DNA of 64,000 nucleotides from an uncultured Lentisphaeraceae bacterium (GTDB lineage Bacteria; Verrucomicrobiota; Kiritimatiellia; RFP12; DVOR01): NCBI GenBank assembly GCA_949282555.1, contig CASDPK010000004.1, positions 24,378 to 88,377 of the forward strand, read 5' to 3'. Shown piece by piece: positions 55,364 to 64,000 of this stretch (position 1 is its first letter; each line of letters starts with the position of its first letter). The notes under the pieces were generated by a model. It saw only the letters and a program-made list of their open reading frames with translations, ran no database searches and was not told where the DNA came from. The position numbers and the translations under genes were made by a program.

Positions 55364-57919
55364 ATGATTTCGAGGCCCTCTTTGACGGAAATTGCAGTGA
55401 GGGAATCGAGAAGAAAGGTGAAGACCGTGAAATCACTGTTTGCATTGATGGCATTGGCAGCGTTGAGCCCGGTGGCTCTATGGGCCGGACCGCTGGAGGC
55501 TTTGGCGGAACGCGTTTCTCCGAAGTTGGCGGGACGGGTGACCTTCCGAGTGGATCCCAAGCGCCAGAATATCGCGGTGTCACCCGTGGGGAAAGACGGC
55601 ATCGCCATCGCGGCGCCCAACACGCGCCTCGCGGCGGCCGGCCTTGGGTGTTATCTCCGAGAGGTGGCGCAGGCCCACTGGTCATGGTGCGGCAATCGAC
55701 TCGATGGGGAGATGCCCGCCCCGCCGCGGACGTTGACGTTCACCCCGGCCTTCCCACACACGCAAGCCTACAACTATTGCACCCTTTCCTACACGATGGC
55801 CTTTTGGGACGAGACGGCTTGGCGAGAGGAGATCGACCGCTTGGCCCTTTATGGTTTTGAGTTCCCGTTGGTTCAGGCCGGCTTGGGCAAAGTGTGGCAG
55901 GGCGTGTTGCGTGAACTGGGCTACCCGGAGGAACGCATCGCGGCCTTTATCCCCGACGAAGCCGCCGCCGCATGGTGGAACATGGGCAATCTGGAAGGGC
56001 TCGGCGGCCCCCTCTCGCAGGCACGGGTGGACCGTGACGCGGCGGTGGGGCGCTTCCTCGTTCAGGAAATGCAGGCATTGGGAATGAAGCCCATCCTCCA
56101 AGGATTCACGGGGCTGGTGCCAAGCGACCTGCCGAAATATCTGGACAAAAAGGCATTCCCCGACGCTCGTTTCGTGGAGCAAGGACATTGGGTGGACGGT
56201 TTCCAACGGCCCATCCTTCTGGACCCGACGACCGACGCTTTCCAGAAGATTGCGGCGCTGTGGTACAAACATCTCTTCCTGGTCTACGGCGTCTCCCGTG
56301 CGGAAGCCTTTGGCGGCGATCTGTTTCATGAAGGCGGCCGCACCGGAGGCCTCAACGTGGAGGCGTGTGCCCGCGCCGTGCAAACCGCCCAGCAAAAGGC
56401 CTCTCCGGGCGCCATTTGGATGATCCAAGCCTGGGGCGCCAATCCGCGGCAGGAACTCCTCAAAGGGCTCGACGCGCGCCATGCAATGATCCTGGCGCTC
56501 GTGCGCGACCAGGCCAACGGCCACCGTTATCCCCGCAGCTTTGCCAACGTGCCGTGGCTCTGGTGCGAACTGCTCAACTTCGGCGGGAACCACGGACTCT
56601 ATGGAGGCTTGCGCGTTCAAGCGGATCTTGGCGAACTGACGGCTCAACCCGGAGCAAAAACACTCTCGGGTTACGGCCTGCTCTCCGAAGGTCTGGAGAT
56701 GAATCCCGTCTTCTATGAACTCTTCACGCAACGCTTCTTCATGCCCAAAGATCTCCGGCTCGGAGCGGCCGGGCTGAACGCGTGGCTCTCCGATTACGCC
56801 ACCCGCCGCTACGGACAATGCACTCCCGAAATCACCCGTGCGTTGCGCCTGCTCGCCGTCTCCGCCTACGCCCCCACCCGAGAGCAAGAAGGCTGCACCG
56901 AAAGCATCTACTGCGCCCGTCCCTCGTGGACGGCCCGGAAGGCCTCCTCGTGGTCAAGCGGCGAACAATATTATCCCCCGGCAGACACCCTTCGCGCCGC
57001 GGAAACGTTGCTCGCCGCCGCCGACCGCAATCCCGACCTTCTCCAAGCGGAAACGTTTGCCTACGACCTCGCCGACGTGACCCGCCAAGCGCTCGCCGAT
57101 CTCGGCCGTCCGCTCCTCTCCTTGGCCAAGGATTCCCCCGCCGCCCGCGAAGCCTTCTTGGAAGCCATCCGCCGAACAGACGCCGTGCTGGCCTGCGTGC
57201 CCCGGTGGCGGCTCGACTTCTGCGAAGCCCGCACCCGCAACGTGGGCGGTGAGGCCGGCCCCCGGGGCTACCGCCGCATGATCACCACGTGGAGCGGCCG
57301 ACGCGGCGCCCTGAACGACTATGCCAACCGCCAACTCGCCGGTTTGCTCTCGGGCTACTATCTCAAGCGATGGGAGACCTTCTTCGCCGACCCCACCCCC
57401 AAAAACCTCGACGCCCGCCTTGCCGCCATCGACGCCGCCTTCATCGACAAGGGCGCCCCCCTGCCGCCCGCCAATGGCTCCGACTTGGCGCGCACCGTCC
57501 GTGAAGCCCTTCGGTTTGCGCGCGGCACCCACGAACGTTGGCCCACCGCCTTCCTCTTCGCCAAAGGCGTGCCGTGGGATCTCGGCGGCGCCAAAGGCTC
57601 CGTCACCCTTCGCCACAGCGTTTCCGAGTTCGTGACCCAAGCCGGGACTTACCGCGTCGAAATCCAGTGGCAGCGGGGAAACAACGCGCTCAAAATCGAA
57701 AAGGTGGAGCTCTTCGAGGGAGAACGCTGCGTCGCCTCCGACGTTCACCCCGGCTACGCCGGCATCCGCCGCGAGGCCAACGTTTACACCCTCCGCCTGC
57801 CAACCTACCGCACGAGCCTTGAAGACTACACGCTCCGCATCACCGGCTCCGGCGACGGCGGCGGCCAGTCCGCTGGCGTCTTCACCATCCTTCCTGTCGG
57901 GGCCCCCGACCAGAAATGA
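55364..57919 (+). CDS. alpha-N-acetylglucosaminidase (GH89, NAGLU-like) with a C-terminal extra domain
   Basis: 851 aa with a signal peptide. CTLSYTMAFWDETAWREEIDRLALYGFEFPL and WWNMGNLEGLGGPL are typical of a NAGLU TIM barrel. Confidence 0.85.
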   Translation: MISRPSLTEIAVRESRRKVKTVKSLFALMALAALSPVALWAGPLEALAERVSPKLAGRVTFRVDPKRQNIAVSPVGKDGIAIAAPNTRLAAAGLGCYLREVAQAHWSWCGNRLDGEMPAPPRTLTFTPAFPHTQAYNYCTLSYTMAFWDETAWREEIDRLALYGFEFPLVQAGLGKVWQGVLRELGYPEERIAAFIPDEAAAAWWNMGNLEGLGGPLSQARVDRDAAVGRFLVQEMQALGMKPILQGFTGLVPSDLPKYLDKKAFPDARFVEQGHWVDGFQRPILLDPTTDAFQKIAALWYKHLFLVYGVSRAEAFGGDLFHEGGRTGGLNVEACARAVQTAQQKASPGAIWMIQAWGANPRQELLKGLDARHAMILALVRDQANGHRYPRSFANVPWLWCELLNFGGNHGLYGGLRVQADLGELTAQPGAKTLSGYGLLSEGLEMNPVFYELFTQRFFMPKDLRLGAAGLNAWLSDYATRRYGQCTPEITRALRLLAVSAYAPTREQEGCTESIYCARPSWTARKASSWSSGEQYYPPADTLRAAETLLAAADRNPDLLQAETFAYDLADVTRQALADLGRPLLSLAKDSPAAREAFLEAIRRTDAVLACVPRWRLDFCEARTRNVGGEAGPRGYRRMITTWSGRRGALNDYANRQLAGLLSGYYLKRWETFFADPTPKNLDARLAAIDAAFIDKGAPLPPANGSDLARTVREALRFARGTHERWPTAFLFAKGVPWDLGGAKGSVTLRHSVSEFVTQAGTYRVEIQWQRGNNALKIEKVELFEGERCVASDVHPGYAGIRREANVYTLRLPTYRTSLEDYTLRITGSGDGGGQSAGVFTILPVGAPDQK

Positions 57920-57958
57920 CCCGAAGGAAAGCAAAGGATTCCCAACCGATGAAAAAGT

Positions 57959-58103
57959 CGCTTCTTTTCCTCCTCTCCGTTTGCGCCTTCTGCGCAAAGA
58001 ATGTTATCCGTAAGCCCCACCCTTTGAGCGACGGCTGAAGGTTTCGCTACGGTTAGGACTTCGTCGGCGCCAAATGGGCTCTCGTCACGCTTCCCCACAC
58101 GGT
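57959..58103 (+). pseudogene. decayed duplicate of the 5' end of the GH2 gene
   Basis: It is nucleotide-collinear with 58977-59125. It reads MKKSLLFLLSVCAFCAKNVIRKPHPLSDG*, then RFRYG*DFVGAKWALVTLPHT. The intact gene reads MKKPFLFLLSVCAFCATGIARETLSLNDGWKFRYGWNFAGPKWAPVTLPHT. The copy is interrupted by in-frame stops. Confidence 0.8.
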
Positions 58104-58287
58104 CAATCGAGACACAATGTGCCGATTTTAAGGCACAGAAAAGAGGTTGCAAAAGATACCGAAAAGCGTTAGACTGGAATCGTACCTTGGAGGGGGAGTG
58201 ATTCCTTCTCACACGTTGGCGAAAGACGGGGTCGCACGCGTGCCGAATAGCGGGAGGTGGTTGCCCGTCCGTGAAAGGAAGAAAGCC

Positions 58288-58758
58288 ATGAAAAAAGCAT
58301 CGATGCTCACCATCGCCGCACTCTGTGCGCTCACTGCGATGACCGGTTGCATCACCGTGAACAAGAACGATGGCGGCGAATCGGGGATGCGTATCCCGAT
58401 GTCGCAAGACGTGATTCACGAGCAGGTTACCGTGGACAAGACCCCGGTTACCGCTCAGGATGAAGTCAAGTGCCTCTTCGGTCTCATCACGTGGGGCTCC
58501 TCCGCCTCCCATGTGGCCGATGTGACGGACGACTTGGTGCCCTTCGGGGCTATCGTGAAGGCCAAGAATGGTGCCTATGCCAACGCTTGCGACAAGGCCA
58601 AGTGCGACCGTTTGGTGGCCACCCGCTACAAAGTCACCACCAATGACTACTTCGTCTACAAGACCGTGAAGGCCGAGGTGACCGGTTATCCCGCGAAGAT
58701 CTCCGGCGTCAAGGTGATTGAGACGACTCCCTCCAAGGTCACTCCTGAACTCCGCTAA
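58288..58758 (+). CDS. small lipoprotein (TRL-like?)
   Basis: ATG at 58288 gives MKKASMLTIAALCALTAMTGC (lipobox). The TRL-like assignment rests only on size and the C..FGLITWG pattern. Confidence 0.65.
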   Translation: MKKASMLTIAALCALTAMTGCITVNKNDGGESGMRIPMSQDVIHEQVTVDKTPVTAQDEVKCLFGLITWGSSASHVADVTDDLVPFGAIVKAKNGAYANACDKAKCDRLVATRYKVTTNDYFVYKTVKAEVTGYPAKISGVKVIETTPSKVTPELR

Positions 58759-58814
58759 GGGGCGAAGGTTGCATTTTGGAATCATGCGCAAAACACCTTA
58801 AAGTGTTTTGAGAC

Positions 58815-58850
58815 GCGGCCCCCGGAGAAGTCCGGGGGCCGCGCCTTTGC
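58815..58850 (+). terminator. hairpin terminator after the lipoprotein gene
   Basis: GCGGCCCCCGGA-GAAG-TCCGGGGGCCGC is a 12-bp stem, followed by GCCTTTGCC (a weak U-tract). Confidence 0.6.
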
Positions 58851-58976
58851 CAAACCCGAAGCGGGATTCACGACAAATGGCGAGTGGCAAGCAAACTGCG
58901 GACATCTTTGCCATCCTTCCAGTCAAGCCCTCCAACAAAAATCATCCGCAAAGTACACAACGTATCATCCCACCCG

Positions 58977-60953
58977 ATGAAAAAGCCGTTTCTTTTCCTC
59001 CTTTCCGTTTGCGCCTTCTGCGCCACGGGCATTGCCCGTGAGACCCTCTCTTTGAACGATGGCTGGAAGTTCCGCTACGGGTGGAACTTCGCCGGCCCCA
59101 AGTGGGCCCCCGTCACGCTCCCCCACACGTGGAACACCGCAGACGCTGAGGCCGACCACCCCTACACGCGCACACTCGGCATCTATCGGACAGACCTTGC
59201 CGTGCCTTCGGAGTGGAAAGGGAAACGTGTCTTTCTCCGCTTCAAGGGCGCCGCCACGGTGGCCGACGTGATGGTGAACGACCGTTGGCTCGGCCAACAC
59301 CGGGGAGGCTACACCGCCTTCTGCTACGAAATCACGGACCTCCTCACCCCCGGGAAAAAGGTTCCGATGCGCGTGCGCGTCTCCAACGCGGAGACAACGG
59401 ACGTCCTGCCACTCGCGGGCGACTTCACCGTCTTTGGCGGCCTTTACCGCGGCGTTGAGCTTATCGTCACCGACCCCCTCTGCATCTCCCCGCTCGACCA
59501 TGGTTCCTCCGGCGTCACCATCCGCCAAGACTCCCTGACGGATGCCGAAGCGCGCCTCTCCGTGCACGTGCGGCTTCTCAACCCCACAGGGAAGGAACAG
59601 ACCGTCACCGTGGAGGTGGCCGGCAAGACCTTTGAAGGCAAAGGCGTCACCGAGGCCACCATCCCCGTGACGTTGCCCAATCCCCGCCGCTGGGACGGCG
59701 TGCGCGATCCCTTCCTCTATACGCTCACCGCCAAAGTCGGCACCGACAGCGTCACCGAAACCTTCGGCGTGCGCGAGTTCCGCTTCGATCCCGACAAAGG
59801 CTTCTTCCTCAACGGGCGCCACCTTCGCCTGCGCGGCGTCTGCCGTCACCAAGAATGGGAAGGCAAGCTCTCCGCCCTCACGGAGGCCGAGCACCTGCGC
59901 GACGTCGAAATCATGCGCGACATGGGCGCCAATGCCGTCCGCCTCGCGCACTATCCCCAAGCCAAAGAGCTCTACGATGCCTGCGACCGCGCCGGCCTCA
60001 TCGTTTGGGCCGAAATCCCCTTCGTCGGCCCCGGCGGTTACGACGACGAAGGCTACGTGCCCTCCGAGCGTCTCCACGAGAACGCCCGCCAGCAGCTCGT
60101 CGAGATGATCCGCCAGCATGGCAACCACCCCTCCATCGTCACATGGGGCCTCTTCAATGAACTGCGGATGCGCCCAGACCCGACGCCTTTCCTCAAAGAG
60201 CTGAACGCCTTGGCCAAGCAGGAAGACCCCACGCGCCCCACCGTCGCCGCCTCCAATCTCGGCATGGACGCCCCGCTCACCTTCGTCACGGACTTGATCG
60301 CCTGGAACCGCTACGACGGCTGGTACGGCGGAATGCCCAAAAACTTGGGCGCCTTCCTCGACGCCGTCCACAAAAAGCACCCCCGCCTGCGCATCGCCAT
60401 CAGCGAATACGGCGCGGGAGCCTCCATCCTCCACCACGAGGAAGCCATCCGAAAGCCCAACGCCGGCGGAAAATTTCACCCCGAGGCATGGCAAACCGAA
60501 TACCACATCCTCAACTGGGCCGAGCTCAGCAAGCGCGACTTCGTCTGGGGCTCCTTCATTTGGAATCTCTTTGACTTCGCCGCCAGCCACCGCACCGAAG
60601 GCGACCGCAACGGCATCAACGACAAGGGCCTCGTCACCCACGACCGAAAGACCTTCAAGGACGCCTTCTGGTTCTACAAGGCCAACTGGCGCGACGACAT
60701 CCCCGTGCTCCATCTCTGCGAAAAGCGCTTTGTCGAACGCAAGGCCGACAAGATCTTCGTCCGCGCCTTCTCCAACGTCGGCCCCGCCGAACTCTTCGTC
60801 AACGGGAAATCCGCAGGCATCGCCGAGCCCGACGCTCTCCGGGTGCTCACATGGAAAGGCGTTGCCCTGAATCCCGGAGAGAACGTGATCGAGCTCCGGG
60901 CCGTCAATGGCAAAGCCTCCGACACGTGCCGCTGGAACCGCCCCAAGGAATGA
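58977..60953 (+). CDS. glycoside hydrolase family 2 (beta-galactosidase/beta-glucuronidase-like)
   Basis: ATG at 58977. It has a signal peptide, LNDGWKF, the sugar-binding and Ig-like domains, and a TIM barrel with NAVRLAHYPQ, WAEIPF, SIVTWGLFNE and the ISEYG nucleophile region. Confidence 0.9.
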   Translation: MKKPFLFLLSVCAFCATGIARETLSLNDGWKFRYGWNFAGPKWAPVTLPHTWNTADAEADHPYTRTLGIYRTDLAVPSEWKGKRVFLRFKGAATVADVMVNDRWLGQHRGGYTAFCYEITDLLTPGKKVPMRVRVSNAETTDVLPLAGDFTVFGGLYRGVELIVTDPLCISPLDHGSSGVTIRQDSLTDAEARLSVHVRLLNPTGKEQTVTVEVAGKTFEGKGVTEATIPVTLPNPRRWDGVRDPFLYTLTAKVGTDSVTETFGVREFRFDPDKGFFLNGRHLRLRGVCRHQEWEGKLSALTEAEHLRDVEIMRDMGANAVRLAHYPQAKELYDACDRAGLIVWAEIPFVGPGGYDDEGYVPSERLHENARQQLVEMIRQHGNHPSIVTWGLFNELRMRPDPTPFLKELNALAKQEDPTRPTVAASNLGMDAPLTFVTDLIAWNRYDGWYGGMPKNLGAFLDAVHKKHPRLRIAISEYGAGASILHHEEAIRKPNAGGKFHPEAWQTEYHILNWAELSKRDFVWGSFIWNLFDFAASHRTEGDRNGINDKGLVTHDRKTFKDAFWFYKANWRDDIPVLHLCEKRFVERKADKIFVRAFSNVGPAELFVNGKSAGIAEPDALRVLTWKGVALNPGENVIELRAVNGKASDTCRWNRPKE

Positions 60954-60980
60954 AGCTCACGCGCCCTCCCGCCCACCTTC

Positions 60981-61070
60981 CGGGAGGCTCCGTATCCCAA
61001 GGCGAGATGCACTATGTCCCAAGGTGAGATGCAGTGCATCCTCTCCCCGCAGGCTCCGCATCTCTCGCCG
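60981..61070. repeat. REP-like composite repeat, copy 6 (four sub-units)
   Basis: GGGAGGCTCCGTATCCCAAGGCGAGATGCACTATGTCCCAAGGTGAGATGCAGTGCATCCTCTCCCCGCAGGCTCCGCATCTCTCGCC. It starts about 28 nt after the GH2 stop. Confidence 0.75.
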
Positions 61071-61183
61071 GCCACAGCGACACGCCCTCCCTCTTCGCTG
61101 GCGCTGAAAGGTTACGGCTTGACGCAGGGCAAACGTCTATGATATTGTGTAACGACTTTTGAGGCAGAAAGGTTTTTGCAGTC

Positions 61184-61384
61184 ATGAAGAAAGACATCCA
61201 CCCCAAGTACGAAGACGCCACCATCACCTGTGCGTGCGGCAACGTCATCCATACCCGCTCCACGAAGAAGGAGATGAGCTGCAACGTCTGCTCGGCCTGC
61301 CATCCTTACTACACGGGTAAGAAGACCGTCATGGATACCGAAGGCCGCATCGACAAGTTCATGCAGCGCTACGGCAAGAAATAA
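61184..61384 (+). CDS. rpmE: 50S ribosomal protein L31 (Zn-binding type)
   Basis: [20 protein letters not shown]...[15 protein letters not shown]...GRIDKF. Confidence 0.95.
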   Translation: MKKDIHPKYEDATITCACGNVIHTRSTKKEMSCNVCSACHPYYTGKKTVMDTEGRIDKFMQRYGKK

Positions 61385-61467
61385 GTCGCGTCCTTCCGCG
61401 TTTGAGAAGCCGGCCAGCGTCCCCCGCGAGCCGGTTTTTTTGTCCGCGGAACGCTGGATTCCCGCCG

Positions 61468-62547
61468 ATGCTTGATCGTTCTTCCGTCGAAGCCTGCCTA
61501 TCCGCCCTGCCCGCCCTGGAGGCCCAATTGGCCGACCCTGCGGTGACGGGCGATCGCCGCCGTTATCGCGAAGCCCTCCGCGAACACACGCACCTCAAGC
61601 GCGTGGAGGCGGCCGCCCAGGCCTACTATGGCGCCTTGGATGATGCGGCGGCGGCGCGGGAGTTGCTTTCGGACCCGGAGCTGGGGCCGATGGCCCAGGA
61701 AGAGTTGGCGCGAACGGAGGCCGTCTTGCCGGAGGCGGAGGAGCGGCTGATGCGCGCATTGCTTCCGGCGGACCCCTTGGACGATCGCAACGCCATGATG
61801 GAAATCCGCGCGGGAACCGGAGGGGAGGAGGCGGCGCTCTTCGCGGGGGATCTTTTTAGGATGTATTCGCGCTGGTGCGAGGCGCACGGCTACAAGGTGT
61901 CGGTGATGGACGCCTCGCCGAGTGACTTGGGGGGCTTCAAGGAGATTGTCTTCCGCGTGTCGGAGGGGGAGCAGCCCTATGGGCGCCTGCGTTTTGAAAG
62001 CGGGGGCCACCGCGTGCAGCGCGTGCCGGTGACGGAGGCGCAGGGGCGCATCCACACGTCGGCCGCCACGGTGGTGGTCTTGCCGGAGGCGGACGAAGAG
62101 GATGACCTCGTTCTCCCCGAAAGCGAGCTCCGAATCGACATTTTCTGTGCGGGGGGGCATGGCGGGCAAGGCGTGAACACGACGTATTCCGCCATCCGCA
62201 TCACCCACTTGCCCACCGGGTTGGTGGCGCAGTGTCAGGATGAGCGGAGCCAGCACCGAAACAAGGAAAAGGCGTTGGCGGTGCTGAAATCGCGCATTCT
62301 TGACGCGCGCCGCCAAGAGGAAGAGGCGAAGGCCGGCGCCACCCGTTTGACGCTTCGGGGAAGCGGCGACCGTTCACAGCGCATCCGCACCTATAATTTC
62401 CCCCAAAACCGTCTGACGGATCATCGCATCGGGCTGACGCTGTATTCGCTCGACCGCGTGATGGAGGGGGAGCTGGATGGCCTCTTCTCCGCGTTGGAGG
62501 CGTTTGACCTTCGCCAGCGGCTCGGGGCGGCAACAAGCGAGGACTAA
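61468..62547 (+). CDS. prfA: peptide chain release factor 1
   Basis: ATG at 61468. It has the GGQ loop [10 protein letters not shown] and tripeptide region [12 protein letters not shown] (PxT, RF1 type). Confidence 0.92.
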   Translation: MLDRSSVEACLSALPALEAQLADPAVTGDRRRYREALREHTHLKRVEAAAQAYYGALDDAAAARELLSDPELGPMAQEELARTEAVLPEAEERLMRALLPADPLDDRNAMMEIRAGTGGEEAALFAGDLFRMYSRWCEAHGYKVSVMDASPSDLGGFKEIVFRVSEGEQPYGRLRFESGGHRVQRVPVTEAQGRIHTSAATVVVLPEADEEDDLVLPESELRIDIFCAGGHGGQGVNTTYSAIRITHLPTGLVAQCQDERSQHRNKEKALAVLKSRILDARRQEEEAKAGATRLTLRGSGDRSQRIRTYNFPQNRLTDHRIGLTLYSLDRVMEGELDGLFSALEAFDLRQRLGAATSED

Positions 62548-63354
62548 ATGGGTTGTCTCTGGAATCTCCTGCTCTTTCTGTGGCTCTTTTGGCTGGTTCG
62601 CGCGGTATGGCGTCAGCTGATCCTCCCGCTCTTTGTGGGCAACGGCTCCTCGCAGAGGGCACGCGCCGCAGAGCAAAATGCCCACGAGACCGCCTCCGCG
62701 CGCGTGCGTTATCTCTCCCTGTTGATGCCGCTCTTGGCGAAGATCGCCAAGGCAGATGGGAGAGTCAGCGAGCGTGAGATCTCCAACATTGAGCGCATCT
62801 TCTTGGAACTCGGCCTTTCCGACGACGAACGCCGCAAGGCCCAGCGGATCTTCTCCGAAAGCAAAGACTCCCTGCTCCAATTTGAGGATGCCGCCCACGC
62901 CTTCGCCCGGGCGTGTCCGGACTTTGAATTGCGCGTGCTCACGTTCCAATTCATGGTGCGCGTGGGCTCCGCCGATGGCACCCTCCCCTTCCGAGTGCGC
63001 CAAATGCTCGTGCGGGCGGCGCAAGTCTTCGGGCTTCCGAGAATCTTGGCGGAGCAACTCCTCGCGAGCGCCTCGGGCTTCCGTTTCGGCTCCTCCGGTC
63101 AAGGGTTTGGCTATGAGCAACGCCGTCAGGGGCCGCCGCCGCGACCCTCCATGCCCTCACGCGCCGAAGACCTCGCCCTCCTTGGCCTGAGCCCCCATGC
63201 GACGGCGGAAGAGATCAAGCGCGCCTACCGCCAGAAGGTCAAAGAGCTCCACCCCGACCGCCTTCAGGCCCAAGGCCTCCCCGAGGCAATGTTGCGCCAA
63301 GCCACCGAACGTATGGCGGCCATCAACGCCGCCTACGACCGCCTGACCAAATGA
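62548..63354 (+). CDS. djlA: DnaJ-like co-chaperone DjlA (TM + TerB-like + J domain)
   Basis: It has an N-terminal TM LLLFLWLFWLV, a TerB-like region ADGRVSEREI, and a C-terminal J domain LGLSPHATAEEIKRAYRQKVKELHPDR. Confidence 0.8.
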   Translation: MGCLWNLLLFLWLFWLVRAVWRQLILPLFVGNGSSQRARAAEQNAHETASARVRYLSLLMPLLAKIAKADGRVSEREISNIERIFLELGLSDDERRKAQRIFSESKDSLLQFEDAAHAFARACPDFELRVLTFQFMVRVGSADGTLPFRVRQMLVRAAQVFGLPRILAEQLLASASGFRFGSSGQGFGYEQRRQGPPPRPSMPSRAEDLALLGLSPHATAEEIKRAYRQKVKELHPDRLQAQGLPEAMLRQATERMAAINAAYDRLTK

Positions 63355-63404
63355 CACCTCTGGCGCCCTCTCCCCCCAAGGCGAAAGCCTGACCCACAGC
63401 GTCA

Positions 63405-64000
63405 TCAACGCCGCATGAGCAAGGCGGCGTAAGCGCCATCGTGAAGGGGCGTGGGGAAGTCGAGAACGGAAGATTCAAGAGTGAAGTCGGAATGACGGGA
63501 GAGGAAGGCCGACACTTGGTCGACATCTTCCTCGGGCTCGATGGAACAGGTGGAGTAGACCAAACACCCGCCGGGAGCAAGCAACGCAACGCACGCCTCA
63601 AGCAGCGCGGCCTGAGTCTCCAGCAGGGCGGAAAGCTTGTGCTTTGACCACGTCCACCGCGCATCCGGGCGGCGGCCAAAGACACCGGTGTTGCTGCACG
63701 GGACATCCAGCAAAATCCTGTCGAAGCGATCTCCTTCGGGCCAAGCGCGCGCATCGCACTCGGTGACGCGCACGTAAGGGAGCGCCCCACACCGCGCAAG
63801 CGTGTCACGGAGACGTGCGGCACGGTCGGGCTGAGGCTCATTGGCCACCAACGTTCCCTTCCCCGCGAGGCGCGCGGCGATCTGGGCGGTTTTGCCACCA
63901 GGCGCGGCGCAAGCGTCCAACACGCGCAGACCGGGATGGACCTCAAGCAAATCAATGGCGTGACGGGTGACGGCATCTTGCACCACGAAGCGGCCTTCCG
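63405..64000 (-). CDS. NOL1/NOP2/Sun (RsmB/RsmF-like) rRNA cytosine-C5 methyltransferase, C-terminal part (continues past window end)
   Basis: It has VLDACAAPGGKT (the SAM motif) and the catalytic region ILLDVPCSNTGV...LVYSTCS. Confidence 0.85.
   Translation of the reverse strand, partial: EGRFVVQDAVTRHAIDLLEVHPGLRVLDACAAPGGKTAQIAARLAGKGTLVANEPQPDRAARLRDTLARCGALPYVRVTECDARAWPEGDRFDRILLDVPCSNTGVFGRRPDARWTWSKHKLSALLETQAALLEACVALLAPGGCLVYSTCSIEPEEDVDQVSAFLSRHSDFTLESSVLDFPTPLHDGAYAALLMRR

Noticed and set aside
58965-60713. 582-aa minus-strand ORF
   Set aside because: It is antisense to the GH2 gene. It is a shadow ORF with Gly/Val/Ala/Asp-rich low-complexity translation.

Overview
High-GC bacterial chromosome segment. 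PEP-CTERM protein, Cys-type sulfatase plus anaerobic sulfatase maturase, and GH89/GH2/GH63-like hydrolases suggest a PVC-type glycan degrader; this is inference only. Most of the window is housekeeping: lysS, tkt, purD/purE/purN, clpX, serC, mazG, rpmH-rnpA-yidD-yidC, rpmE-prfA, an ftsH-like gene, and 9 tRNAs. I saw no rRNA, CRISPR array, transposase or integrase. Many long ORFs in the track are antisense shadow ORFs typical of high-GC DNA and were rejected. The main find is a visibly AT-richer island (about 22.2-27.1 kb) between a five-tRNA cluster and tRNA-Ser(GCU). It holds an all-minus-strand array in which members of one small Cys-containing protein family (conserved core GY.V.D..S.D.LSY.CDD) alternate with unrelated signal-peptide, lipoprotein or membrane partners. 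Several junctions have ATGA start/stop overlaps, and one roughly 0.6-kb unit is tandemly duplicated. A further cassette of the same family sits about 20 kb away at 1.1-2.3 kb. It resembles an orphan polymorphic toxin/immunity array, but I could not assign the family to anything known. Other notable points: a 5'-truncated 887-aa phage/ICE polyvalent-protein-like ORF, an in-frame FtsH-cytidylate kinase fusion, a dispersed REP-like composite palindromic repeat (6 copies), a decayed duplicate of the GH2 5' end, a C12A8 homopolymer tract, and a low-GC gene for an exported 6xCxxC zinc-finger-like protein.
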